Of a stretch of DNA of 64,000 bases, positions 47,130 to 60,893 are shown in pieces (the stretch's first letter is position 1; each line of letters starts with the position of its first letter). This stretch comes from Vicugna vicugna. Taxonomy: Eukaryota. Made by a program: the position numbers and the translations under genes. The stretch covers positions 2,350,921 to 2,414,920 of the forward strand of contig MU060807.1 of the NCBI GenBank assembly GCA_013265495.1, in the 5' to 3' direction. The notes beneath the pieces are model-generated. The model saw nothing but the letters and a program-made list of their open reading frames with translations, was not told where the DNA came from and ran no database searches.

Positions 47130-50100
47130 CTGCAAAAGAAAAATAGAAACACAAGGAGGTGAGCCTGGGGTTCCTGACCATAGTTACTCTCCTCACTGAC
47201 ACCACTCCGGGTTTTTAAGGAAGGAAAAGGTGAGAGGACCGCAAGGAACTCTTAAGAGTGAGCCGATACCTGGGGCCTTCCGGGACCCCTGGAAATCTGA
47301 GTCCCCCTTCTTCCTTCATCAGAGCAGCCGGGATGTTCCAGATGCCTATTTCAGTCTCTCCTCCGCGGCCTCCAGCAGTGACCAGCACCCACCAGTGCTG
47401 AGGAGAGCAAGCACCAGCCATCCGGCACCTGTATACCCGGAGCCTGCCCATCGCTCTCCAGGGGGCCTGGTTGGCGCCTTCGCCTGGTGCCAAGGAAGCA
47501 GGAGGTGGCCACCGTATAACATGAGAACCCCAAGACCAAAACACAAGAAACCGTCTGCTCCCAAGAGATTTTTCTTACTTTCAGTTTAAGCCAAAAGGGG
47601 AGACTCTCTCCCAAGGAGGTAGCTCATGGAACCTGGGAGCAGGCAGGTAGCGGGCCTTTAACAAGAGATGGAACCACCCCCAGGAAGGCCCAGCTCAGAG
47701 GCAGGGTCTCTCCGGCTCTCACTGGCTCACTTGTCAGGTCTCCCTACGTTGGCTTCTAGTCTTTCCACAGGAAAGCTTTCTCTGGTCCTCAGTGTAAACC
47801 ACCGCCCCCAACACCCACGTCCACGCGTCCTTCGGTTCCAGCAGAACGCAGAAACCTCGGAGCAGGTCTCTCATCAGATGGCTTTCTGGACTTGCTCTGT
47901 ATTTCACTGCTCAGAGTAAACAGTTCATCTCAATCAAATCAACTGGGAGAAGGCAGGTTCTCAGCCCTGTTCTTGCGCCCGGGCACCGCTTCCACTGTTG
48001 CCAGTGCCCGACGGCAAGAACATATCTGTTTTCCCCATTTCTGGGGAAACCGAGTCCCTCAAACACAGATCAGGAGCCTCCAGTGCCCTAACGCGCTAAT
48101 GATCAAAACACCAGAGGCTGTGCTGGTGAAGTCTGGTCTCATTTCCTTTTCTTGGTCGGTGAGGGAGGAGATAAGACAATAGCAACTCTGGGGGAGACGG
48201 GAGCACGGAAACAGCCATGGAGCTCTGGGTGCTCCACTTACACGAAGCGAGGCTACATCAAGGTAACATCTCAGGAAGGAGGACCACTGGCCTCCCTCCA
48301 ACTACGGCTCCAGGCTAAGACCAGAGCAGCAGTCCTTAGTCCTCTTCCCCAAAAAGTCCCTCTGGATTCTGGGACAGGCCAAAACCCCCTCATTCTTTGG
48401 AACACTGCGCCTATTCATTGGATCTGGACGGGCGTAACTTCAGGCCAGGCTGCTTAGCAACTGTCTCCTCCAGCCACCAGCCCCCTGCCAATCAGGTGGG
48501 CCAAGAGGAGGGCCTGGAGGGCTGCCGAGCCAAATGCAGGTTGGTCATCAATCAGCTGTCCCACAGAAAGTGCCAGTCTCCTGGGGCCACACAACCCTCC
48601 CTTTGTAGCAGTGGCTCTGGAGGAACCAATGTTAAAGAGTGTGGCAGTGACAAAACATTGGACTGTAAAAGGCTCTTAAATTTTCCCTCCAGAGGACAGC
48701 TTTCTGGGTGCTAATTGTGGGAAAACATCAGTTGGGTCCACCCTACCTCCCCTCCAGGCCATTTGGCTAGTCATAAGGGACTGACCCATTAACTCTTCAA
48801 AGGCCCCCCAGGGCTCTTTCTCAAAGCGCTGCCCCAGCCGCTTTCTGGCCCAAAACAGCAGAGCAGAGGATGAGGATGCAGGCAAATCTACTTGGGAATT
48901 CCACTTCCACGCATCTACCACAGAGGCACAGGAAGTTAGTCACCAAACAGACCAGTGTCTCTTCAAAGGTGAAAGTACTTGTTTACTTGGGGAAGATAAA
49001 AAGGTGTGAGGTTCCCTGGGGCTTCTCTCAGCTTTTGTGCCCCCAGCCGTGGGAAGGGGAGGGATGGGAGAGGTGGGGATTCCTGCATTTCACAAGGTCC
49101 TGGCCTGGCTTAGCTGAGGTTTGTTTAGCCAAGTCTCGGGGAGAAAGATGACGGGGCAGAATCACAAAGTTTTTCCCACTTCTTTCAGACTTTCCTTTTT
49201 TGGCATGGCTCATTTTCCCCTCAATTTATCTCTCTACACATACAAAAACAAAAATAAAAAAATAAACTTGGTAGTTGGTTTCAATTTGCTAACTAGTCCA
49301 GTCTTTGCTTTTCTACATTCACAACGTGTGTGTGCACTCATGCGTCCATGCACGCACACACATGCATATGCGTGTGCACACACATGGGGAGTGCTCAGGG
49401 TGTACCCCGAGTCCCATGGAGCTATGGTCTCTTATTCAGTCCCAAACCCAGCATTCCCAGGCACAAGCCCTACCCCACCTTCCCAGCAGTGGAATCCAGC
49501 TCCATGCTGTCTCCAAGCAAAGTGCCAAGCAATGGACAGTGGACCCCACTCCAAGTGAGAGAAGACTCTCCTGCCTTGAGAGAATCCTATAAGCCACATG
49601 TATGACTGAGCCTCCACAGACTGGAAGCCATACAATTCTGCACAAAAGTCTCCTGGAAAGACTTTGGAATCTGTGGTTGCTCAGATGCCCTATTTGTGTC
49701 ACAGGCACCCATGGGAATTCTCAGGCCCTGGAAAAGCAAACAATGGGAACCTGGGCCTCCGGGTGGCCACACCTCATTGTGCTTTAGAACGTAATTCTTC
49801 GGCCTCTGATGTGAACATGCTGGTTGTGAGCCTGCTAAGCTCCTGGGCATGTGGCGAGGTACCCAGGTGCCCCTGAAGAAGAAAGCCAACAACCCAAGTT
49901 CTTCTGGATCCTAAAGCAGCTTAACCCCACACTCCGCCCTGAACATCAGGAGGAGAAGGGGTTGACTGTGCCCCACAACGAAGGGCCTGGAGCCACAGAG
50001 CTGCATGCAGGACTTCAAGCAATGCTGTAGACGGCCTGACAAGGAAGGAGAGTTGGGGTATCTGGCAAGACCACTGAGGATGGGTGTCAAACCCCAAAGA

Positions 50101-52053
50101 TGTTTTTTAGAACCATTTATGCTCAACTGCCCTCTGAGGCAACTTTCATCCAATGAAAGCAGTCTTGGCGGGAGGACAGGGGGTCCACATTCAAGACGAA
50201 GACCCACCGAGACAGCCAGGCCTCAGACACCTGGAATTCAGCACAGAAATGAACAAAGCACCCATGACAGTTATCTTGGAAGCCAGCCATGTATCAGAAA
50301 AAACATCTGACGAAGTATTTACAAAGACAAAGCTAAGGAGACAGAAGGAAGGTTGACACCACTAAACTGCCAGCAGTTCAAAAAACCGGTTTTACAAAAC
50401 CTGCTATAGGGAGAGAGTCTATGTCCTTAAAGAGGCAGAAGGTAGCAGCGAAGAGGATACAAGTAAAAAGCAACAAGAAACCACTGTTGCTTTTCTTCCC
50501 CTAAAGCAGTGTTTCAGAGTGCACACGGGACACCTGTCTTGACTTGTATGGATCCATCTCCCTGGCCTGCGGGTGGATATTCAGTTGGTCAAAGAAATGA
50601 ACTCAGCCTGGAGATCTACTTACCAGACAGCTGTCTGCGTCAGCGGGGAGGCACGAAGCCCACAGACCTGGACAGCCCTGGACGTGACAGCACACGCCCC
50701 GCAGATGCAGCAGGATGAGCGCTTTGCGCCCAGATCATGAGGATGGTGGAAACAAAGCATCTTGCCTAGGACAGCGGCTCACAGAGCAGTTCCTAGGAGG
50801 AAAGACCAGGGAAACCGCTTCTGCTCTCTGGTTCAAGTCCAATGAAGACACAAGGAAAAACAAGACAAAACAGAAGTCACATCTTGCTGAGAAGCCAAGT
50901 GAGAGTACGGGAATGGGAGGAAAGAGCTCAGAGGCCTTCTCTTCAGTCTGCACCCCTCCAACTTTCTCAGGCTTCCCTCAGGCCCCACCAACCAGGGCAC
51001 GAGGCAGTAGCTACAGGCCAGGGGACGTCCCTGGAGAACTGTGATGGGGACCTAACAAGACCTAACAACTTTGGTTTCTTAGCCAATTGTGTCTGAGACT
51101 TGTAAGAACGCAACAGCCATGGCAGGGGCCCTGTTCTCAGGAATTCCAGAATCTGAAACATGGTTCCCCCTACAGAGAACACAAAAGTCCAGCCACCAGC
51201 AAAGCTACGACTGCAGCAGAGGAAGGAAGTAAAAACAATATCGTTACACGGAGCAGGACAAGCTGCCATTTGAACTGGGAGGATTTACTCAGCGGAGGAG
51301 GACCAGGTCCTGCAAGGAGAATGGAGGTTTATCTACAGCCAACAATGCTTCATCAATCCTCCCTGGAGCCAGCCCCACAAAGCACACTCAAGGGTCCAGC
51401 GTCCAACTTGAGACAAAGCAACGCAGCCTCTGGCAGCTGGGTTCTGCCAAATCTAAGGGTCGCTTGTCCTCCCCAGTTTTGGGAGCATTAGGCCCAGAGA
51501 AAGCACTCTGAACAGAGGGCAAAGGGTAGGCTTTCCTCCCTCCAGGGGAAAGAATGCTATGGACTGTATGTTTTCTGTTGGATGATGTGATCCTGCATCT
51601 TAAAAGTAGGAGGGCAGCTGAGGAGGCAGATTAGCAAAACACAGCCTTCCAAATCTTCTGTTCTCTCAGACCTGGGACTGACTGCCCCAGTACTTATCAA
51701 GTCCTAATGGTGCCTCACTTCCATGAGATGAGAGCAGAGTACCTACTTAAAAATGAATCCTCACTGTGGCCGGAGGCCCTGGGGACTCCCAGCCGATCAT
51801 ATCAGCCTCCACCCTGCACCCTGCACCAGGGTCCTGGCAAAGCCGCTCCCTGGATCGCCCCCTCCCCACTCTTGCCTAGTGAGCCCCATTCAGACTTCAG
51901 ACCTCAGTTCAAGGAAGCCTTCCTCCACCCCACCCCGACTCGGCCAAAGAGGACACTGGCCCGCCCTATTCTGTGCTCTCACTGTCTTAGTGACCACTGT
52001 TCCCCAGCACCTGCACCAGTCAGTGTCCTGCCCACAACAGGTGCTCACAGATG

Positions 52054-52055
<2 letters not shown>

Positions 52056-52090
<35 letters not shown>
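52056..52090. repeat. (AC)17 microsatellite
   Basis: Read directly from the sequence. Confidence 0.95.
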
Positions 52091-52092
<2 letters not shown>

Positions 52093-52384
52093 CTCTCCTT
52101 TCTAACTGGCTAGCAGCCAGTTCTTCTTCAGTTCCGTTTAGGGTTTCATAGCCACTGTCACCTGCAGTGCTTTAACCCCTAAACCTGTTCATGTCCACAG
52201 TTAGTTTCAATGTGTGGATTCGAGGTCAGAAAGGGAGGCAGCAGGGGAGCTAAAGGGGCTGGCCTTGCAGTAAAGGTTGATATGGGACAGGCAGGAAGGT
52301 GTTGGGGGGACACCAACACCAAACTAAAAAAAAAAAAAATCTAGCTCGTTGCTCCTAATCTCAAGACAAAAAGAATTACTATAT

Positions 52385-52480
52385 AGTTAATTCATTTATT
52401 TACCCCACAAATAACTTATCAAGCATTTATTATGTACCAGGCAATGGGCCAAACACTGGGGGTATGAGATGAACAAACTC
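52385..52480 (-). mobile_element. L2 3' terminus
   Basis: TTCATTTA...CATTTATTATGTACCAGGCA. Confidence 0.6.
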
Positions 52481-55035
52481 AATCTATGGGAATAATTTTA
52501 GGTACCACACCAAGCACTTCAGTGAAAGAGCTCTTTTAGTTCTCACGACAGACTAATGAAGTCGAGGGCAGAACCGCTGCTTCAGAAGCCCCTGGCTGCC
52601 TCGGGGGCCATCCTGAAGGCAGCAAGCTAACAGTCAAATGAGGTTTTCTGAGACACAGGTGAGCCACTTTGGGTGGCCAAGAAAGCAGCAATTACGGAAC
52701 TTTCGTCTAAATACTACCAAGCTCTAGAATAAAGTGATCGTGGTTTGACAGATATGGTTGGGAGCCTGGATGGAGAGCTGTCAGTAACCCCAAGGCTCAG
52801 CTGTCACTGAACCGAGTGCCACCTGGGGATGGCTCCCCCCAGCTCTGTGGCACAGATGCCCGGCGCCAGCTGTTTTACCCAAAGACACAGGAGAGCCCTG
52901 GAGAAAGCCCGTCACAGCACGTTTCCTTCAGCTGCATCCTGTTGGTCAGGATTGGGCCGCTGCCACTGCAGCAGAGGATGGAAACACTCATCAGAAAAAT
53001 GGGCGGAAGTTGGTGGGGCCACTTTAAATGCAACGGTCTCGCCTTCACTCCCAGTTCACTGCCAGGAAGGCTCAGCTCCCCAAGCAGAGGTTTCTACAAG
53101 AAAGGGTTAAACAGGTGTTTGCCAAGACAAACTAACCAAAGGCAGGAAGAGTCTCTTTCTCTGAAAATTCAGTCTACAGTAATGCTGATGCTGTTCAGCA
53201 TGGCGCCAATGCTGTCACATGGAACCAACCAGACTTCACGTGAAGGCAAAGCTCTGGCCAGAGCACTTCCGAAGGGGAGACTTTGTTATCTGATTATTCC
53301 AAGTGAAAACTCAGATTTGATTCAAGACACCTGAAGATTTTGAGTTTCTGGAAAACTGTGGAAGATGTTTAGAGAGGACCATTCCACTTCTCTCTCTCCC
53401 CACCGAATACCAGGGTGGGCTGTATCTGGGCAGAGAGGTCGCCTCATATCAAGGATTTGAGTCAAGCCCTCAGTGGTGGGGCCAAGTTGCGCTTTTTTCT
53501 TACAGGGTTTTCACAAAAACAGTGTCTCTATGCTTTTGAGTTGTGACGCGGCGGGGCTTGGAGCCAGACAAGGACAAAGGAGACAGTTTTGTGAGGTTGA
53601 GGATAGCAAGTGAAGTCTTTGAGACACAGCTCAACATGGCCACCAAATTATAAACGCATTATCCTGCCTGAGAGGTCAGCTGCCAAGCTACGGTGTTAGA
53701 TTAACATTCGGGGCAAATATAAGTGAAGTACCAGAAAGCCAGGTGCGTGGAAACGCAAAGTGGTCCTTGTGTACATACTGGTAGGAAGAGGATCAACCAT
53801 CTACAGGGCCAGAGGGAATGCCAGTTATCTTTAAGGTACTGCTGAGGGAAAATGTACCTAACTCCAAAGCAAAGAATGAAAATGAGTAAAATCTGCACAG
53901 CAGCATTTCAAAGGACATGGATCAAAACACAGAAGGAAGGTGAGAAGTGCTGGATTTCTAAGGACAGGCAGCCCACTGCTGCGCTGTAAATTTCAAAAAA
54001 AAAAAAAAAAAAAGATAAATCCTAACTGGGGAAGGAGGCACCCGGCCACACCTCGGTTAGTAATCTGTGGCATCTGGACCCGAAGGGAAGGAAGTGTGTC
54101 GGGGCTTGCACAGCTGATGGGTGGGCGGACTGGGCATGTAGTGGCTCCTTCTTGGATGCAGAACCATGCAGGAGCTGGGTAGGGCTTCTGGGAGACTTGG
54201 AGCGAGTGCAGTCAAAGAAGGCCCTCCTGGCACTTGCGGTGGAGCCAAGGTAGGGCGGGAGTGGGGGGTTAGAGGGAGCATAATGGTGGTTCTTCCCCTT
54301 TGCAGGAGATCACAACTTCCAGCAATTACGTTTCTTGCCACCATGTTCAGCTATAGATGAGTCCAGGCCTTCTCTGGAAGGCAGCAAGACAAAGGATCTA
54401 CCTTGGGTTTCTTTCAATCTGGACAACAATAGAGCTACTTTCCCAGCCTGCCCTGTCTGTCCTTCTGTCTGCTGCTCAGATCAGATTACCCCTGAGACAG
54501 ATCGTAGGCCCCAGCCTGGGGTGGGTGGGTTCTCTTCAACATGGAAATTCTGTGTCACCTACTCTGCAAGGGCAATCCCAACCTTGTTAAAGAGCAGGCC
54601 TAAGGAAGGCCATTTGGCCTTTCATTGTGATGAGAGCGAGGAAATGCCAATGTTAAATTGGCCTGGGCATTTTCAGCAGTTCAAAGGCCGAATTACAACA
54701 GTGAGAAGTTAAGATCGATCGGCTGGTTCACAAGCCAGTAATGGTCAAGGGCCATTTCCTTCTCTGGTCCCAGGTGAGTCATGCTGTTATTTTTTCCCCC
54801 CGTTCATCAGCACTCAAAGGATCATGGGGTATGGGAGGCAGAATGTGGGGGCAGGGAGGATAATAAAACCAAGATGGAGTGACCAAGCATATACTCTCCC
54901 TCTTACACCCTAAACAGACTCACTAAGAGCTAATATACATTATTCAAGTCTCAGAGTAACACCACGAGGCAGACGTTATTATTTCCATTTTACAGATGAG
55001 TAAACTGAGGTAAAAATACAACAAAGCAGTTTCTT

Positions 55036-55163
55036 TCTTTTTTGGGGGTGGGGGTGGGGAGGTAATTAGGTTTATTTATTTATGTATTCATCTTTCATGG
55101 AGGTGCTGGGAATCGAACCCAGGACCTTGTGCATGCTACTGAGCTATACCCTCCTCCCTAATG
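55036..55163 (-). mobile_element. tRNA-Ala-derived SINE with 12-bp TSD
   Basis: GGAATCGAACCC (B-box reverse complement), CTGAGCTATACC; TSD AAGCAGTTTCTT at 55024-55035 and 55164-55175. Confidence 0.88.
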
Positions 55164-58100
55164 AAGCAGTTTCTTGCTGAGTAAATGGTAATGCTGGAAT
55201 TCACCCCAGCCTGACTCCAAAGCCTAGTATTCCCAACTTCTCACTTCCTTCATCTAGACCAGGAGGCTGCAAAGGGTAACAGTTTCTACGAAGCCCTTGG
55301 TCCAACCATTAAGGAAGCCAACATCGAAGACCAAGGAGGAAAAATTCCTCTCCAGGAATGACTCCACAGCAGGTCACAGGCAAAGTAGGCGTTAAACCCT
55401 CTACTTGAGGGGAAGACGACCAGATCTGTTACTTTTTAACTATAATTCAGGGGAAACAGCCCAAGAATCCATGGTGCCCCAGTGAGTAATGTATGAGTTG
55501 ACTTGAACGGAAGGGTTGGTCCTGAAGACTTAATCATGTAAACAGTGGGTGCTGCCGCCTTGTTCTTAGCCTAGAGACTTCCTGGGGGCTTACAGAAGAA
55601 ATGCTACCAAATCCTGACCCCTCCTCCCTTACTGGGTGAACAATCCTGTGGACTTCCAATGAGAACTCAAATTTTAAAGAATGAGCTATTTCTTTTGACT
55701 CATGTGAAGTGCATGGCACATTTCCTGTCCATCAGAGAATCTCTCTGGAAAGAAACTGCCTCTAGCATTTTACTCAGGAATAACTATATAGATATACTCA
55801 TATTTTGCTACTGTGACATACTAATTCTAGATTTTATTCTAGCTATCTGAAAATATGAGAAGGACTAAGGGAAACAATAATGAAAAGGTGTGTTGCTACT
55901 GACTGGTATTACTGCTAGAAGAAAATCTAGAATCTCACTCACACTTTTCTTTATCATTCTCCATCTGGAGGTATTTAGAAAATTACAAAAAATTTTTCTT
56001 AACAGCAGTTTTATTGAGCTATGACACACAGTATCATTCTTAAGTGTTAATTTTTCATTTGTGTCATGCTATTATAATTACCCAGACTCCAGACTACAGC
56101 AAGTGTTGAAGATGTTTATAATATAAACGAGAACAAAACTGAATGCAAAACCTCTCTGATATTATGCAGGAAAACCAGAGATGGGAGAATGAAAATGGGT
56201 GTACTGCTGGGATCATGAAATTAGTTGATTTTTTTCTTTTATGAAATATACAGTCTTGCTACTGTAATAACCTGACAATAAGATACACACAATATAAAAA
56301 CAAAACAAAATCCTGACAAGATAACCACCAAACAGTGCCATGTGACCCTTTCTATGTCAAAGACACTTGAGAAGGAACCCAAGTTTAAGCTTTAACAAGG
56401 GAATCATTGCTGCCCCATCCTGAAAAATAATTCTCAATAGAACATTCCATAAGTGAGCATTCTTCAGAAGCTCACCCGGCACACCACGACTCATTTCCAT
56501 TGGCTGGAAAGGGACTCCCAGCATCCTTCAGGATGAACCGAACCCTGTGCTGCTTGTTTGTGAAAACCTTAGCACCTCCTTCTCCCATTTCAGAGTCCTG
56601 GAGGTATAGCAAACACACCCAAAGCCCAAACAGGGAAACGTTTTGCTCTGCAGTGATCTCGCAGAGGCTGGTGTGTGTTCTGAGTCTCTCTCCTCACGTG
56701 GTCAGTAAGGGAACTGCTGGCAGGCCCCTGAGAGTTCTTTCTGAAGTCAGGAGTCAACAGCAAATTCCTGGGAAACAAGCTCCTTGGGCCGTTTCCAGTC
56801 TCTAGATCTTTCCTTCTGATACTTTAAAAGATGAGTAATAATGTGGGGTTGGGGCAACGGGCTGGAGAGGAGGGAAGTGTGAGAATTACTGAGTCTAAGC
56901 TTTGAGTCAATAACACGTGGTGCCCGAGACCCTTGGCCTTCTGGAGGGAATTCAGGTGTGAATGCAGAGCCACTGAGGGCAGAAGCTGAGTGAGGACTTC
57001 ACCCAGCCCCACCACTCTGAACTCTAAGCCAGTCTACCAATGCAGCTCCCAAACTGTCCGTGTCCCAAACACCCCACAAAGCTGCCCGTGACATTTAAAA
57101 CTTTCAAGAGAAACAGGATTACTCAACATCTGTCAGATACCACACGAATTTAGATATTATTTTTTCAAGTGGCTACTAAATTGTCAGGACAGCAGTGCTG
57201 ACTGGAGCAAGTTACTTAATAAAGAGACTCGTTAGGTATTTCTTGGCCTAGAAGTCCTGTGACAAGTTCCTGGGACACCAAGGAATTGAAAATATGGGGC
57301 AATTTCTGACCGGCAGAATGAGGGCATAATCAGACTCTGTTTCGCTGAAAGGGCCCAGCACAGATCACAACTGCATTTTAGACGGACAAAGACCTGTCCG
57401 CACTCGTCTCCCACGACTGCCGCGGTCACCGGCGGAAGCGGCTGTCACAGCCCCGACTTCAGATGGGGTGAGTGTACTTTCAGCTACGTGCCTGTTGACC
57501 CACAGCTGGAGGGAAGCTGAGCCAGCGCTCCCCCTGTCTTCTGCCTCCAAGTCCACAAGACTGGCTCCAAGTCGTGAGCGCATTTCTGCACTACTTTTGG
57601 GCTCGAAGAATTTTTTTCAGTGTTTTCTTTGAACTGGGGTTGTACACGCCTTTAGAAAAATGCCGGAACAATATTCCTCCCCCACCCAATGCCACTGCCC
57701 TTACCAGAGACACTATTTTGTTTTGACAGATGTTCACTCCTTGGGCCGGGAGGATTCCTTCTCCGGGTCAAAGCCTGGACCACGACACCTCGGTGGGCCG
57801 GCCCTCCCAGTTAGCTGGCAACAGGCTGCTCTGGCTCCCTCGCGCCAGGTCATCAGTGCCCGTGTTTGTTTGCAGAGGAAGAGTGGGTCAGGGACAGGGA
57901 GTGAGTGGAAATACCTCTCCCAACAGGAACTGTGGGAGTGGGGAAAAAATAAACAAAGGGAAAAGTTCCAGGGCAACCGAGGTAAAACAAGGACAAAGGA
58001 GAGCGGAGAGGGGAAGCTCACGTGCCAAGGGCAAACAGATGGAGGAAACACTTGAGCCTACAGGACCCCTGTCCCCGCAGTGAGAAGCTGGACAGACGAC

Positions 58101-59427
58101 TGCCATTCCTAGTCTGTTTCTAGGGCAGCAGTGCCACCGTCTGTTGAGCAACTGCAACATCTGAGTTGGGCTGTTTACTGGAGGTCAGACCAGAAAACTT
58201 ACGTTAGAGGACAAATACGACATAATGGAAGTGCCAAAGCATTCTGTTCCCTGAGGGATGCTCAGCCACCTCCTCCAAGCTCCTTTTCTCTAGGTGAGGC
58301 AAACTCAGCGACCCCAGAGCCTGATCCCCGCCACCCCGGCTGATGGATCAGGACCAGAAGCCGATGGTGGGTCTGGAGTTCTCACTTCTTACTCAGACTC
58401 CCAAACATGGGAATTTGCACTCACTGTAACCCCAAGCATCAGAGTGATAAAAATAAGGGCAACTTATAATAAAAATAATAAGGTAAAAAATAAGGGTAAT
58501 TTCCATACTTTTGGTACTCTACACTTGTATTTTCTAAAGTCACAGATAATAAAGTTGGAGAATACTCAACTTGGCTTATCCATAAAGCCAAGTCCTTTCC
58601 CAAGAAATCTCTTGGGCATTTAGTTTAACTCCTACCCACAAATTTCTTTTAGGACATTTGTGACAAATAGTTTCTTAAAATTTGTCTGAAAAAGGCCCAG
58701 AAACAGGAGGCTCACTACCTCCTGAAGCAGCTCGACCCACTTTTGGCCAGAGAAGACGGGCAGTTCTTTGTTATGCGAAGGCCAACGTCATCCCTGTAAT
58801 CCTGGGCGCTGCTTCAAGTTCTGCATGGGCCCGCCACCTCCCCTCTGTCACCAGACCTTCCAACAGCAGGTGGAACTGCCAGCTCCACCCAGTCTTCTCT
58901 CTTCCAGCCCTTAATTTTTTTCCTACATGACATGCTTTTAAGTCCCCTCACCTTTGCTCTCCTCTGGGCTCACTCCGGATTTAAATGTGAAATTCAGGAT
59001 CCCCAACACAGGCCCAACGACAGGTGTGGCCAGTCTGGGAAGGCAGCAGAGGGTACACTGGTTGTCATAACTAACGCTACTGAACACAGACATGCCAGAT
59101 GCTATCAAGCTAAGTGCTTGTTTCATTTCCTTACCTATTTCTCATAAAACGAATGAGGCAGATTTTATTAGGATGCCTGTTTTCCGATGAGCAACACTGA
59201 GGTTGAGGGACTTCCCCAAGGAGAGCTGGAATTCAAACTCAGGTCTCCGACTCCAGAGCTGTGACTTCTCCCACTGCTGGGGCTGACTGGTCAGATTCTA
59301 GATGCTCTCCTGCCCCCAACCCAGCTCAAGGCCCCGTGACGCTAAAAGCGTTAATGGACACGAACAGAGCAATGAAAGCAATTATCAAACAGCTGTTTAA
59401 TATTACGGACACAAGATTTTTGAAGAA

Positions 59428-60837
59428 TAGTGGTTCTTGAAGTTGATCTGTGGACCCCTGGGGGTCTGCAAGATCAAAAACTATTTTCGTTAATACTAAG
59501 ACATTATACGCCCTTTTGACTGTGTTGACATTTACAGGAGCAAGAGTGGGTAAACTTGTTGGCCCTCAATCAAGGCACCAGCACCAAGTTTTAGCAGCAG
59601 ACATACTCTTGAGTTTAAAAAAAAAAGCCAACTTTATTTAACAATATCCTTGGTGAGGCAGTAAAAAAGATTGATTTTGATCCCTGAGTACATACTTTTT
59701 TTTTTTTTTAATTTTTTTTTTTTTTTTNNNNNNNNNNNNNNNNNNNNNNNNNNNNNNNNNNNNNNNNNNNNNNNNNNNNNNNNNNNNNNNNNNNNNNNNN
59801 NNNNNNNNNNNNNNNNNNNNNNNNNNNNNNNNNNNNNNNNNNNNNNNNNNNNNNNNNNNNNNNNNNNNNNNNNNNNNNNNNNNNNNNTTTTTTTTTTTTT
59901 TTAGCATTTTGTGTGATTGAGTTACAAGCTGAACTAGCTGCTTTCATAGAACACCATTTTTACTTAAAGAATCACTGATAAACTATGTTTATTCAAACTT
60001 ATGTTGTTGGCAGGCATTTTCTTAAAAATGAAGCCCATCACTTCAAGGAAAATTCTCTCATAGTATTTATCAGCAATGAGAAAATTCAAGTTCACAAGCA
60101 AAAATCAGGATCTGGGAAAATGTATACTTCCCACTGTGAGCGTGACAGTGATATCACTAACAAATAGGATTTTTTTTGATACTGTAGAACAAAGTCAGTC
60201 AACATTTAGGAGATCTGCATAACTCAGTGAGCTATCATCGTCCAAAATACTGGTGCCCGGTGATGTAACGTCATGTATGGGCAAAAGAGCCATTTAAAGT
60301 GCAAGAGAGACCCACGGATTTTCATGAAGCAGAGCGGGGTAAGTTCCCCCATCAGGCAGGATTCACGGTCTTGTTGCCACTAACCTCTGGGAAGCTACCA
60401 CTTGTTGAGTTCTGATGAAGCGTCAAAGAAGAACCACCACAAACACTTGAAGGGCTAGCAGAATACTCTCTTCTTTCCAATGACCTGTCTGCATGAAGCC
60501 AGAGTTTCTTCAAATACTTCAACCAAAACAACATATCCCAACCGACTGAATGCAGAAGCAATTATGATAACTGAGCTGCCCATTCAGCTAGACGTTAGAC
60601 ATTAAGGAGATTTGTAAAATGATACAATGATGCCATTCTTCGTTCTCATCTTTTTTGTTTGTTTCAGAAACAGTAAAATCTTAAAAAAACCTTATTTATG
60701 TTATTAGGTAACAGATTTGTTATTTTAAAATAAACAAATACTCAAGATATCAAGAGGAAAGACCAAAATGGACAAAAGGTCTTTGGGATCCTACTTTTTA
60801 ATTGTGTAAAGAAACTAAAATGTTTTGAGAACTGCTA
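59428..60837 (+). mobile_element. Charlie1a-like hAT element, both TIRs present
   Basis: Left TAGTGGTTCTTGA, right TGAGAACTGCTA; internal AAAACTATTTTC..TAATACTAAGAC and CTTCAACCAAAACAACATATC motifs. Confidence 0.75.
59728..59887. other. Assembly gap (160 N) between poly(T) tracts
   Basis: N run. Confidence 1.
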
Positions 60838-60879
60838 CAGTAAAATATTAAAAGCAGAACTTAAAGAGCCAAAGTAGGA

Positions 60880-60893
60880 GTGCCATCTAGTGG
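60880..60893 (-). promoter_or_regulatory. CTCF consensus site (SAP30BP intron 3)
   Basis: Reverse complement CCACTAGATGGCAC, exact consensus match. Confidence 0.65.

Noticed and set aside
47429-47483. 55-nt cryptic exon upstream of SAP30BP exon 4
   Set aside because: Weak donor (GTGCCG) and mixed pyrimidine tract; the expected background in a long intron.
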